The translations under genes and the position numbers were made by a program. From Planctomycetota bacterium (GTDB taxonomy: Bacteria; Planctomycetota; DG-23; DATKVD01): DNA of 38,931 nucleotides. Shown one piece after another: positions 9,498 through 18,120 of the stretch. The stretch's first letter is position 1, and every line of letters starts with the position of its first letter. The notes beneath the pieces are model-generated. The model did not search any database, was not told the DNA's origin, and saw only the letters and a program-made list of their open reading frames with translations. The DNA is taken from assembly GCA_035530235.1 (NCBI GenBank), contig DATKVD010000409.1, forward strand, positions 1-38,931, given 5' to 3'.

Positions 9498-11684
9498 CTA
9501 TGGCTTGATCTCGATCTCCCGCTTCCTGTCCATCGTCACCGATCTGGCTGCCGTCCTGCCTTCTATCTCAACGCTCACCGTGTGAGGCGTGTATTCGATC
9601 TTCCTGGATTCGCCGTGCGTCATCTCCCCCGTGGCCTCCTGCTTGTACTGGGCCAACGGGATGTCCAGCCTGCCGGTCTGGTCGGCCGATCCGGTGAAGA
9701 CCTCCCTGCCGTCCTTGTCCTTGACGGTCACCCTGGCGCCTGCGGGCGCCGTCAGCGTCAGGGTCCATTCCACGGTGAAGTCCCGAAGCGCCTTGTACTT
9801 TGCGAACGTCTTGGCATCTTCGGCGCTCAGCGGCTCCAGCCCGCCGGCAAACTTGACCTTGTCGTATCCCGCGGCGCCCTCGAACGTCGAATCGCGGAAC
9901 ACGTGCCCATACGAGTCAAGCACCCAGTGGCCGCACTGGATCGTCCGGTAATCGCCCCGGTCGGGGCCGACCTTGACGAACGTGTTGTTGTAGAACCGGG
10001 CGTTGCACCCCACGCCGTAGCTCTCGCCCAACATGACGTGGCAGAGATTGGAGATGACGGTGTTGTCCTTGAACAGCATCGGGGCGTCGGCTGCTTCGGA
10101 ATGGCCGGCGACGGCGATGGCGGCTTTCCCCTTGCTGGCGTCGTCTTCCGCGATGACCTTGACGATGTTGTTGCGATAGACGATGTCCTTCATCTCCGGA
10201 ATCGGGCAGGTCCAGATGCCGCGGGCCACGCCGCCGTCGCGGGCCTTGACGATCAGGATGTTTTCGGCGTGCTCGATGTTCACGCCGCCCCAGGTCAGGC
10301 GAAGGCAGGAGGCCAGGCTCATCTTGCCGTATTCCCTGAACCGGTCGTTAGGCTCCGTCGCCTGGAGATGGATGAAGTTCGAGAGGATCTTGAAGTCCTT
10401 GCCCTTCACGCCGAACGGGCCGATTCCTATCATGTGATAGCCGCCGCCGAATATCTTGTTGTTCCGGCATACGCCGGTTGCCGCACCCAGGTAGATGATC
10501 CCGAAGGAGTTGGTCGAGTAGCTGTCCACGTAGATCTCGTTGCTGTAGACCTCGGCGCCACCGCCGCCTCCGAGGCCGCACTGGCGGACGCGACGCATGA
10601 GGTTGTGGTGAACCTTCTTGCCGCCGCTGGTGATGCCCTTGGTACCCCTGTGGCGGTTGAGGATCTCCGTGCCGCGGTCCGCCACGACGTTGTGATGGAT
10701 GTGGCAGTTCTGGGACCAGTAGAGCTGCATGCCGGTGATCTGCGGGCCGTAGTAATCGACCGTCACGCCGGCGATTTCGCTGTTGTTGTTGCCGTAGAAG
10801 AAGATCGGGTTCATGCCGTACGTGCAATCGTCGGAAGAGCCCTTGCCCGCCCCCTGGCGGATGACGCCGTTCAGCACCTTCAGGTCGTTGAGCCCGCCCG
10901 TGGCGGCGCCGACGCCGTAAACCATGGGCTGCTGGTCGGGGGCGTCCTTGCGGGTGGTGAGGGTCACCACGTGTTTGCGGTCCAGGAGCTTCTCGTCGAT
11001 CTTCACCCACGGCTTGGCCGCCCTTGACCAGGTGATGCCGGGGCTTTCGTTGTACGTGACCGTGTGGCCGTTCAGGTCGAGGGCGACCCCCGCGGCGAAG
11101 ATGGCGATGGCCGCGCCGGGCGCGGTGATGTCTTCCTTGAGCACGTAGGTCTTGTTCGGCTCCTTCAGGAGGTATGGCGGGCCTTGCACGTCGCCCGGAA
11201 TGTACAGGGCGCCGGCGATCTTCTTCGTCTGAAACGTCGCGTCCGGCGAGGTGACCTTGTTGCCCCGCTCGTCCGTCGAGACCATGCGGCAGTGATAGGT
11301 GGCGTCCGCCTTCAGGTCCTTGACGTAGTGCACGTGGGTGTAGAAGAACCGCTCCGTCTCCGGCGTCCTGCCGCCGTACTGGTCCGTCTCGCCGTATTCC
11401 ACGCGCGTCCGGGCCGGGAGGTTGGTCTGCCATGCGATGCACGCGGAGTTCTCCGACACGTGCCGCCACGAGCCGTCCTCGGCGACCTGCAGCTCCTTGC
11501 CGAACTTCTCGTAAACCAGCGGCTCCTTCTCCGCGCCGAAGTACTGCCGGCAGAACCTGCCGAAATCCGCGTAAGCAGCATCCGGATCTGCCGCCGTGGA
11601 TGACTTCGTCGTTGTCTGTGCCGACGTCGTCATGGCGATCGCGCATGTGATCACAGCGGTAAGCAGCAGAGTGCACGTCTTCAT
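9498..11684 (-). CDS. secreted right-handed parallel beta-helix protein (Fn3/purple-acid-phosphatase-N-like head, CarboxypepD_reg-like tail)
   Basis: The true start is ATG 11684 (MKTCTLLLTAVITCAIAMTTSAQ signal). The 111 residues upstream in the track ORF are Arg/His-rich junk. VEYGETDQYGGRTPETERFFYTHVHYVKDLKADATYHCRM is Fn3-like. The repetitive middle (NN..V/I..G.. rungs) suggests a beta-helix. It is a paralog of the next gene. Confidence 0.7.
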   Translation of the reverse strand: MKTCTLLLTAVITCAIAMTTSAQTTTKSSTAADPDAAYADFGRFCRQYFGAEKEPLVYEKFGKELQVAEDGSWRHVSENSACIAWQTNLPARTRVEYGETDQYGGRTPETERFFYTHVHYVKDLKADATYHCRMVSTDERGNKVTSPDATFQTKKIAGALYIPGDVQGPPYLLKEPNKTYVLKEDITAPGAAIAIFAAGVALDLNGHTVTYNESPGITWSRAAKPWVKIDEKLLDRKHVVTLTTRKDAPDQQPMVYGVGAATGGLNDLKVLNGVIRQGAGKGSSDDCTYGMNPIFFYGNNNSEIAGVTVDYYGPQITGMQLYWSQNCHIHHNVVADRGTEILNRHRGTKGITSGGKKVHHNLMRRVRQCGLGGGGGAEVYSNEIYVDSYSTNSFGIIYLGAATGVCRNNKIFGGGYHMIGIGPFGVKGKDFKILSNFIHLQATEPNDRFREYGKMSLASCLRLTWGGVNIEHAENILIVKARDGGVARGIWTCPIPEMKDIVYRNNIVKVIAEDDASKGKAAIAVAGHSEAADAPMLFKDNTVISNLCHVMLGESYGVGCNARFYNNTFVKVGPDRGDYRTIQCGHWVLDSYGHVFRDSTFEGAAGYDKVKFAGGLEPLSAEDAKTFAKYKALRDFTVEWTLTLTAPAGARVTVKDKDGREVFTGSADQTGRLDIPLAQYKQEATGEMTHGESRKIEYTPHTVSVEIEGRTAARSVTMDRKREIEIKP

Positions 11685-11773
11685 GTCAGGCCCTTTCTTC
11701 ACTCGGCAATGGGGGCATATGGCCAGCCGCTCCTGTCCCCTTTTTCTCCCGACGGCCATCCATGGCCTTCGCT

Positions 11774-13804
11774 TCACTCGGCCTTGAGCATCTTCGCGCC
11801 GTCCATCGTGACGGTCTTCGTCACGGTGCGGCCGGCCGCGGTCACGGTGACGGTGTGCGGGGTCATCGGCGTCTTCTTGAGGGCCTTGAGCTTGAACTCG
11901 GTGAGCGGGACGTCGAGCGTGCCCGCGGCGCCGACGGTCCCCTTGAAGACCTCTTTCCCGTCGGCGTCGGTGATGGCGACCCCCGCGTTCGCGGTGGCCT
12001 CCACGGTGAGTGTCCACTGCACCTCGAAATCGTCCTGGTTGAGTCCCCGCACGCGGTCGAAGCCCGCGCCCCCTTCGAACTTCGTGTCGAGAAAGACGTG
12101 ACCACTCGAGACGTAGCCCGCTCGTCCCACGATCGTCGCGTAGTCGGCACGGTCGCCCACCTTGACGAACGTGTTGCCGACGAAGCGGTAGTTCTGCGCG
12201 GTGCCGTAGTTGTCCTTGAGTGAGAAGTTGGCGAAGTTGCTGACGAGCGTGTTGTTCTGGAAGAGGAGGGTCTGCGGCTCGCCCCGTCCGCGGGTGCCGA
12301 CGCCGCCGACCGCCCCCCAGCCGTCGGACTTCTCGTTCTCGCAGATCGCGATGACGAGGTTGTCACGGAAGACGGCGCCTTTGGCGTTCGGGTCGGCGTA
12401 GAAGAAGGTCCCGCGGATCTTCCCGCCGTCCCGTGCGGTCATCAGGAACACGTTGTCGTGGTAGAGCGGGTTCTCACAGCCCCAGGTGAGTCGTGCCCCA
12501 CTCATGATGCTGTACTCCGCCGACTCCATCGCCTTCTTGTTGAGGTCCTTCTCGTATTCGTCGATGTCGTGGGCGTGGAGCCAGACGTAGTTGTGGTGGA
12601 CCTTGACGTTGGCGGAGGTGGCCCCGCCGGTGGTGGCGAAGGCGACCACGTTGTTCCCGCAGCCGAAGATGCGGTTATGGTGGATCTCCGAGTTCGCCTT
12701 GGCACCGATGCCGCCCCCGTTGATCCCGTAGGAGTCGATGTGCAGCTCGTTGCCGAAGAACTCGGCGTTCTCGGCCCCGCCCCCGATCCCGACGTGTCGT
12801 GAGCGCACCACCAGGTTGTTGTAGGCCTTGCCGCCGGTGCTCGCGAGCGTGATGGCCTTGAGCTGCTGATGCCGGTTGGAGATGAGGTTCCCCCGGTCCT
12901 CGACGACGTTGTGATGGATCGTGATGCCCGATCCGCACCAGTGGGTGATGATGCCGCTCATCTGTCGCCCGCTGTAGACGCACCTCACCCCGGCGATCTC
13001 CGACCCAGCTGCACCCGAGAGATAGATCGGGTTGAACCCGAGTGACGTATAGGACCCCTCGTCGTTCCCCTTGCCCTGGATGAGGATGCCGTTGAGGATC
13101 TTGACGTTCTTGTCGACGCCGCGGCCGCGCACCCGCACCCCGAACGCCGAGTCGTTCAGCATCTTGTTGAAGCTGTCGGTGGGCAGGCCCAGGTGCTCGT
13201 CGTTGTAGACGATAGTGTGCCCGCCGAGGTCGAGCGTGACGTCGCCCGCCGTGATGTTGAACGCACTCCGCGGGGCGGTGATGTCCTTCGTGACGAGATA
13301 GGTGGTCCCGGGCTTATTGAGTTCGAAGGGCGGACCCTCGAGGTCGTCCGGGATCCGCACCACGTCCGCCAGGGTCTTCGTCCGCAGCGTCATCTTCTTC
13401 GACGCCGCGCCCCGGTGCATCCGGTCGGTCACGCCCATCTCGAAGCGGTACTCCGTGTCGGGCTTCAGGTCCTTCAGGTGGAAGATGTGGACGTAGTGCA
13501 GCTCCTCGTCCTTGATCGGCTCGCCGTAGTTGGCGGCATCGGTGATGTAGAGATATGCCTGTGTGCGGACGTTCGTCTCCATCGCGACCACGGCCGAGGT
13601 CTCCGAGGCGTAGACCCACGTGCCGCTCTCGATGAAGGCCGGTGCCGCCTCTTCGATGCCGTAGGACTTCATCACGGCCTTGACGAGGTCGGAGGGCTCC
13701 TGGCCCTTGGGGTTGGTGAAGGGGATGGGCTCCATGCCCTGTCCGAAGGTCGCGGAAGGAACAACGAACAGCACGAGCACGGCTGCGGCGGCCAGGCGTT
13801 TCAT
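11774..13804 (-). CDS. secreted parallel beta-helix protein, paralog of 9498..11684
   Basis: ATG 13804 follows GAGGAGGG. The signal is MKRLAAAAVLVLFVVPSATFGQG. IPDDLEGPPFELNKPGTTYLVTKDITAP..LDLGGHTIVYNDE aligns with IPGDVQGPPYLLKEPNKTYVLKEDITAP..LDLNGHTVTYNES of the neighbouring gene. The C-terminal module also matches (TVTAAGRTVTKTVTMDG versus SVEIEGRTAARSVTMD). Confidence 0.7.
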   Translation of the reverse strand: MKRLAAAAVLVLFVVPSATFGQGMEPIPFTNPKGQEPSDLVKAVMKSYGIEEAAPAFIESGTWVYASETSAVVAMETNVRTQAYLYITDAANYGEPIKDEELHYVHIFHLKDLKPDTEYRFEMGVTDRMHRGAASKKMTLRTKTLADVVRIPDDLEGPPFELNKPGTTYLVTKDITAPRSAFNITAGDVTLDLGGHTIVYNDEHLGLPTDSFNKMLNDSAFGVRVRGRGVDKNVKILNGILIQGKGNDEGSYTSLGFNPIYLSGAAGSEIAGVRCVYSGRQMSGIITHWCGSGITIHHNVVEDRGNLISNRHQQLKAITLASTGGKAYNNLVVRSRHVGIGGGAENAEFFGNELHIDSYGINGGGIGAKANSEIHHNRIFGCGNNVVAFATTGGATSANVKVHHNYVWLHAHDIDEYEKDLNKKAMESAEYSIMSGARLTWGCENPLYHDNVFLMTARDGGKIRGTFFYADPNAKGAVFRDNLVIAICENEKSDGWGAVGGVGTRGRGEPQTLLFQNNTLVSNFANFSLKDNYGTAQNYRFVGNTFVKVGDRADYATIVGRAGYVSSGHVFLDTKFEGGAGFDRVRGLNQDDFEVQWTLTVEATANAGVAITDADGKEVFKGTVGAAGTLDVPLTEFKLKALKKTPMTPHTVTVTAAGRTVTKTVTMDGAKMLKAE

Positions 13805-13825
13805 GTCTTGCCCTCCTCGAGGCGG

Positions 13826-14452
13826 TTATTCTGGTTCACCAACGACGGTAAGCGTCACGTCGTCGATCCAGAGCTCACCGTAGGCCCTGGTGTAGATGAA
13901 GACGTGGATGCGGACCTTGCCGTCGTCACCGGGTTTTCGTTTTCCGCTCGGCGGCTTCACCGTGACCTCTCCGGTGACCTCGGTCCAGTCGTAATCGGCC
14001 TTGTCGGGCAGGGGGATCTGTGCCCATCCGTCGCCGGGGTCGCCCTCGAAGTTGACCGCGCAGTTCCCCTTGGCGTCGACGCCCTTGAAGAAGCCGCGGA
14101 AACGGAGCCGGGTGCCCGGGGTCACGCGGATCTCGTCGGTGCACACGCCGCCCCGCCCGCGCTTCCGACACACCAGTCTCGCACACAGCTTGCCCGTCCG
14201 GCCCCGGCCCAGCTTGACGTCGTAGTCCCCGCCGTCCCAGAACCCCGAATACCCCCAGTGGGCGAAGGGACTGCGTGCGACGCCGTCGAGATCACCGTAG
14301 CCCCAGGGCTCGGCGGGGTAGGGCTTCCTCGGCCCGCTTCGGTCCTCGAACGACGGGTTCTTCACCAGGTTGCCCGCGGACGCGTCCTGCCCCGACGCCG
14401 CCGCGCACCACGCCATGCTGAAAACCGAAAGCAGGATCAGTGACCTTCTCAT
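13826..14452 (-). CDS. small secreted carbohydrate-binding-module-like (jelly-roll) protein
   Basis: The signal is MRRSLILLSVFSMAWCAAASGQ. NLVKNPSFED is a typical CBM4/9/22-type start. It is a clear paralog of the N-domain of 14453..16738 (WDGG.Y.V.L, G.RGGV, PGT.L.F, NFEG.PGDGW, YDWT.VT, WIDDVT). Its ATG (14452) directly abuts the upstream stop codon (14453-14455). Confidence 0.6.
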   Translation of the reverse strand: MRRSLILLSVFSMAWCAAASGQDASAGNLVKNPSFEDRSGPRKPYPAEPWGYGDLDGVARSPFAHWGYSGFWDGGDYDVKLGRGRTGKLCARLVCRKRGRGGVCTDEIRVTPGTRLRFRGFFKGVDAKGNCAVNFEGDPGDGWAQIPLPDKADYDWTEVTGEVTVKPPSGKRKPGDDGKVRIHVFIYTRAYGELWIDDVTLTVVGEPE

Positions 14453-16738
14453 TTACCTGTCTCCTACGATCTTGCGGAGTGCGACGATCGTCTCGGCCAC
14501 CTTGCCGCGGAAGGCGAAGTACCGGTCGGCGTCGCTGCTGTAGACGCCGGCGTCGGTGATGAGTTCGTCCATGGCGAGGAGCTCATGGGCACGCTTGAGC
14601 GCGGGGGGCATCTGTCCGCGCAGGCGCACCTTGTCGGCCAGCTGCTTGAGCGTCCACAGATACTCGTAGTCCTCGAACCCGTCCCGCAGGGCCTTCAGAC
14701 GGATCGACGGATAGGGCACGCCGTCCGGTCCCGGGTAGAGGAGATACCCGTCCCCGTTATAGCGGCCGAAGGTGTTGGGGTCCCACGGGGCGTCGGGCCA
14801 CTGGTTGGGGGGCTTTCTGCGCCAGTTGGTCCCCCACGACACCGGAGACCAGTATTCGAACCCGGCGGCGTTGTACTTCCAGCAGAACATCGGGATGATT
14901 CTGGCGTCGATGAGCGGGTATTCGATGAAGAGGTTCGGGTGGTCCATGGGATAGCAGCAGACGGCGAGCCAGGCCTCGGTGCCGCGCTCTTGCATGGCCT
15001 GGACGCCCGTCTTGTGATACTGGGCGATGTAGACGTCGAAGACGTCGACGTGCCCGGCGAGTTCTTTCACCCCCTCGGGCTCGTTGAGACACTGGAGGAT
15101 GCGCAGCTCGGGCGCGGCCTGCTTGATCGCCTTGGCGATCTTCTTCACCTCCCCCCAGTGTTTCCTGGGGGCTTCATCGTAGGTGTAGACGTAGGCCCTG
15201 TCGATCCAGCCCTTTTCGCGCAGGTGGTCGCCGTAGGCCTTCAGCATCTCCGTGAACTGTGCGATGAACTCGGGGGTGTATTCGTTCTTTCCGGCGCGCT
15301 TCAGGTTGGCCGCGGTGCCCATGATGAAGGCGTTCATGCCCCCGGCGGTGAGACGTTCGAGCGTCGCGTCGACGCCGGCGAAGTCGTACTTGCCGTCACG
15401 GCCCTTGCGGACGTGGGCGACCACCTCGCCCCCCGGACCCAGACGGTGCTCGAGCAGGATGTCCTGGTATCTCCGCACGGCTTCGCCGCGTTTTCGGTTG
15501 CCCTCGGGCGACCAGTCATACCCGTAGAACGAATGTGCCGCGCCCATGCCCAGCCACGTCATCGTCCGCAGGTGCGTCTCGTCGGTCACCGCGAAGTCCC
15601 ACACCGTCACCGTGATCGGCACCCGCGTCGGTTTCATGTCCTTCGGCGTGACCGTGATCGTTCCCGTGTAGGTTCCGGGCGGCGTGTCCTTCGCGGTCTT
15701 CACGGTGACCCACACGGGTGTGCGGGAGAGCGTCTTCACGGTGAAGGCGCCCGGCGGCATCAGGGGGTCCGGGTACCACCCCACGCGGTCCACGCGGTAG
15801 GGCGGGGTGATGGCCGTCTCGATGAAGTCGACGCGCCGCCACGACAGTGCGCTTGCCGGGATCACCGCACCCGCGGCGGTCTTCAGGTCGCTGAACGTGA
15901 CGTCCGAGACGGTGACGTCGCGCCAGGGGGCCTCGATGATGACCTGCGCGTCTTCATATTCGTTGCGTGCGAGCGAGACGGCGAGCGTGTTCGTCAGCTT
16001 GTCCGCCGGTGCGAAGTCGGTGTCGGGGTAGACCTTGACCAGCGCGCTTGCGGTGTCGATGCGGTAGCCGATGGACCCGGCGGGTTCCGGGATGTCCTTC
16101 GGCCTGGGCGGGACCAGTGCCGGGGTGTCGGGGGCTTCGGCCATCTCGTTCACGTCGACGGTCTCGACGGTCACGTCGTCGATCCACACGGAGCCCCGGG
16201 CCTTCGAGTAGACGAAGATCATCAGCGTCTGTCCGTCGGCGCGGCTGTGTCTGACGGGCACGACCGAGCGGTGGGTGACGTGCGTCCAGTCGTAGGTGCC
16301 GCCGTCGAGGTCCAGCTTGTTCCATCCGTCGCCCGGGGTGCCCTCGTAGTTGAGGAAGATGCGTCCGCCCTCGGCGTCCCGGGCCTTGATCCAGAACGAG
16401 ACCTTGAGGATGGTGCCCGGGAAGAGCTTGAACGGAGAGGACGCGACGCCCCCGCGGCCCTGCTTCCCGCAGCGGATCTCGATGGCATGCTTCCCCGTGT
16501 GGGCTTCATCCGAGAGATGCACGGTGTAGCGCCCGCCGTCCCACCCGCCGCCGAACACCCACCCGGCGGCCGGGCTGTCGTTCAGCCCCGGGTAGAAGCT
16601 CCTCTCCAACTCCGGCAGCTTCGCCTTGAAAGCCGTCGTCGTGGGCGTCTCGAAGCCCCCGTTGGCGATCAGGTTTTCCCCGGCGACCGCCGCCGATGCT
16701 AGGAGAAGCAGAACGCAGACCACCGCGTATCGTCGCAT
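14453..16738 (-). CDS. secreted CBM + DUF4091/GH123-like glycoside-hydrolase-like protein
   Basis: The signal is MRRYAVVCVLLLLASAAVAG, followed by a CBM-like N-domain. YTGTITVTPKDMKPTRVPITVTVWDFAV, YVYTYDEAPRKHW, FEYWSPVSWG and GDGYLLYPG..PYPSIRLKALRDGFEDYEYL fit my memory of DUF4091-containing enzymes. Confidence 0.65.
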   Translation of the reverse strand: MRRYAVVCVLLLLASAAVAGENLIANGGFETPTTTAFKAKLPELERSFYPGLNDSPAAGWVFGGGWDGGRYTVHLSDEAHTGKHAIEIRCGKQGRGGVASSPFKLFPGTILKVSFWIKARDAEGGRIFLNYEGTPGDGWNKLDLDGGTYDWTHVTHRSVVPVRHSRADGQTLMIFVYSKARGSVWIDDVTVETVDVNEMAEAPDTPALVPPRPKDIPEPAGSIGYRIDTASALVKVYPDTDFAPADKLTNTLAVSLARNEYEDAQVIIEAPWRDVTVSDVTFSDLKTAAGAVIPASALSWRRVDFIETAITPPYRVDRVGWYPDPLMPPGAFTVKTLSRTPVWVTVKTAKDTPPGTYTGTITVTPKDMKPTRVPITVTVWDFAVTDETHLRTMTWLGMGAAHSFYGYDWSPEGNRKRGEAVRRYQDILLEHRLGPGGEVVAHVRKGRDGKYDFAGVDATLERLTAGGMNAFIMGTAANLKRAGKNEYTPEFIAQFTEMLKAYGDHLREKGWIDRAYVYTYDEAPRKHWGEVKKIAKAIKQAAPELRILQCLNEPEGVKELAGHVDVFDVYIAQYHKTGVQAMQERGTEAWLAVCCYPMDHPNLFIEYPLIDARIIPMFCWKYNAAGFEYWSPVSWGTNWRRKPPNQWPDAPWDPNTFGRYNGDGYLLYPGPDGVPYPSIRLKALRDGFEDYEYLWTLKQLADKVRLRGQMPPALKRAHELLAMDELITDAGVYSSDADRYFAFRGKVAETIVALRKIVGDR

Positions 16739-16782
16739 CGTCTTGCCCCCTCACGGATACCGGGTTCTCCCCTGCCGGATGC

Positions 16783-16811
16783 ATTATAGGTGGTGGGAAG
16801 GCAAGGATAAC
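16783..16811 (-). promoter_or_regulatory. candidate sigma70-type promoter of the CBM/beta-helix operon (perfect -10, poor -35)
   Basis: The minus strand reads TTATCC-16nt-TATAAT (the -10 is at 16788-16783). This lies ~45 nt upstream of ATG 16738, which is preceded by GAGGGGG. Only the -10 box is convincing. Confidence 0.25.
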
Positions 16812-17007
16812 TCTCGGCGCAAATCGCGCCAAGGGAAATCAGCCGGCGGGTGAGGTGAGATGCGGTCGGGAGGCCGGCGGTCCAGGCGCGGCTTCGGACC
16901 CGGAGCGGAACTCAAGTCCTTCCTGACCCGCCGGCTGAGGACGTCATAGAGGTATGGGGAGGTCGAGGTGGAGGCGCTTGCCGCAGCCACGACCTGAGCG
17001 GACGGGA

Positions 17008-17583
17008 TCATTCCTTCGCCCCCGCCTTGCGCAGGACGTCCGCAACGTCTTCGTGCGAACAGGAGACGGCCACCTTGAGCGCCGTAGTGCCGTCATTGCT
17101 CCGGGCGTTGATATCGGCGCCCTTGGCGATGAGAAGTTCGGCGACCTCCTTTTGCCCACGGGCGGCCGCCCAGCACAGGGGCGTCCACCCCTCACTGTTC
17201 CTGGCGTTGACGTCGGCGCCTTGGGAAATGAGAAGCTCGGCGACCTCCTCTTGCCCATCCTGAACCGCCCAATTCAGGGGTGTCCAGCCATCCCTCCCCG
17301 CTGCGTTGACGTCGGCGCCCTTGCACAGAAGCAAGTCGACCAGCGCGCGATTACGCCATCGTACGGCGAAGTAGAGCGGTGTGCGCCCGTCCCAGTCCCG
17401 CGCATTGACGGGAGAGGGGAAGGAATGCGCCAGATCCACGACCACCGTCTCGTCCCTTGCGTCCATCGCGATGGACATGGCCTTCTCGAGGATGCGGAGG
17501 CGGACGCAGTACGTCCCCGCGAGCGTGAGGACGAGGAAGAGGACCATCGACATCGGGGGGATGAACTTCTTGAGACGCATCAT
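17008..17583 (-). CDS. membrane-anchored ankyrin-repeat protein (4 repeats)
   Basis: The start ATGATG at 17583 follows GGAGGGGCG. The N-terminal hydrophobic helix is MSMVLFLVLTLAGTYCV. There are four ~33-aa repeats of type DGWTPLNWAVQDGQEEVAELLISQGADVNARN. The rest of track ORF 17008..18153 upstream is low-complexity. Confidence 0.75.
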   Translation of the reverse strand: MMRLKKFIPPMSMVLFLVLTLAGTYCVRLRILEKAMSIAMDARDETVVVDLAHSFPSPVNARDWDGRTPLYFAVRWRNRALVDLLLCKGADVNAAGRDGWTPLNWAVQDGQEEVAELLISQGADVNARNSEGWTPLCWAAARGQKEVAELLIAKGADINARSNDGTTALKVAVSCSHEDVADVLRKAGAKE

Positions 17584-18120
17584 CGCCCCTCCGCCAGGGT
17601 GTCGGTGCGGATTCCACAAGTATTCTACCGGGCGAAGTGGAGAGTTTCCAATGGCTTGCGGCCCCCCCACGGCCGGCCGGTCGCCTGGTCGTGGGGTCGC
17701 AGCGGGGCGGGATTCGATACTGATTCTCCGAGTCCTTGGGACGGGGAGGAATGATCGGATTGGCACCTCGTGGGGCAGTAAGTGTGCAGCGGTTCGCCAT
17801 GGTCTCTCCTCATCAGGAAAAGGACTTGCACCCACCTTCCCCCCCCCTCCCCCCATGGGGCCCACGGAACCGCCCCGCTGGACAGGAAATGTGAGGTTTT
17901 TACGGATTGCGTGTCTAATTGCGCCTAAGTGCGACTCTTGCAGCAAACTTGTGCGAAAATCTGCGTCTGGCGCCGGATTCGGCCGATATTTCACAATGTG
18001 CCGGTGCCAGGGTCGTGCAGTCGTTGGCGGTGGCGGCGGTTTCTCCCAACGTTCCGCGACAAGAAACAAGAGGATTTCGGAATCACGGAGGCCAATTTGG
18101 GGTATTAAGGTGGATGGCCA

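Noticed and set aside
14585-16702. 705-aa plus-strand ORF, with similar long ORFs at 666..1481, 1432..2559, 2067..2945, 2575..3546, 3174..4508, 3700..4977, 5681..6778, 6567..7424, 7622..8668, 9582..11027, 10348..11676, 13193..14443, 27461..28393, 30757..31665 and 31485..32357
   Set aside because: These are extremely Arg/Gly/Pro/His-rich low-complexity translations lying antisense or out of frame to ORFs with clear family motifs. They are typical shadow ORFs of high-GC DNA.
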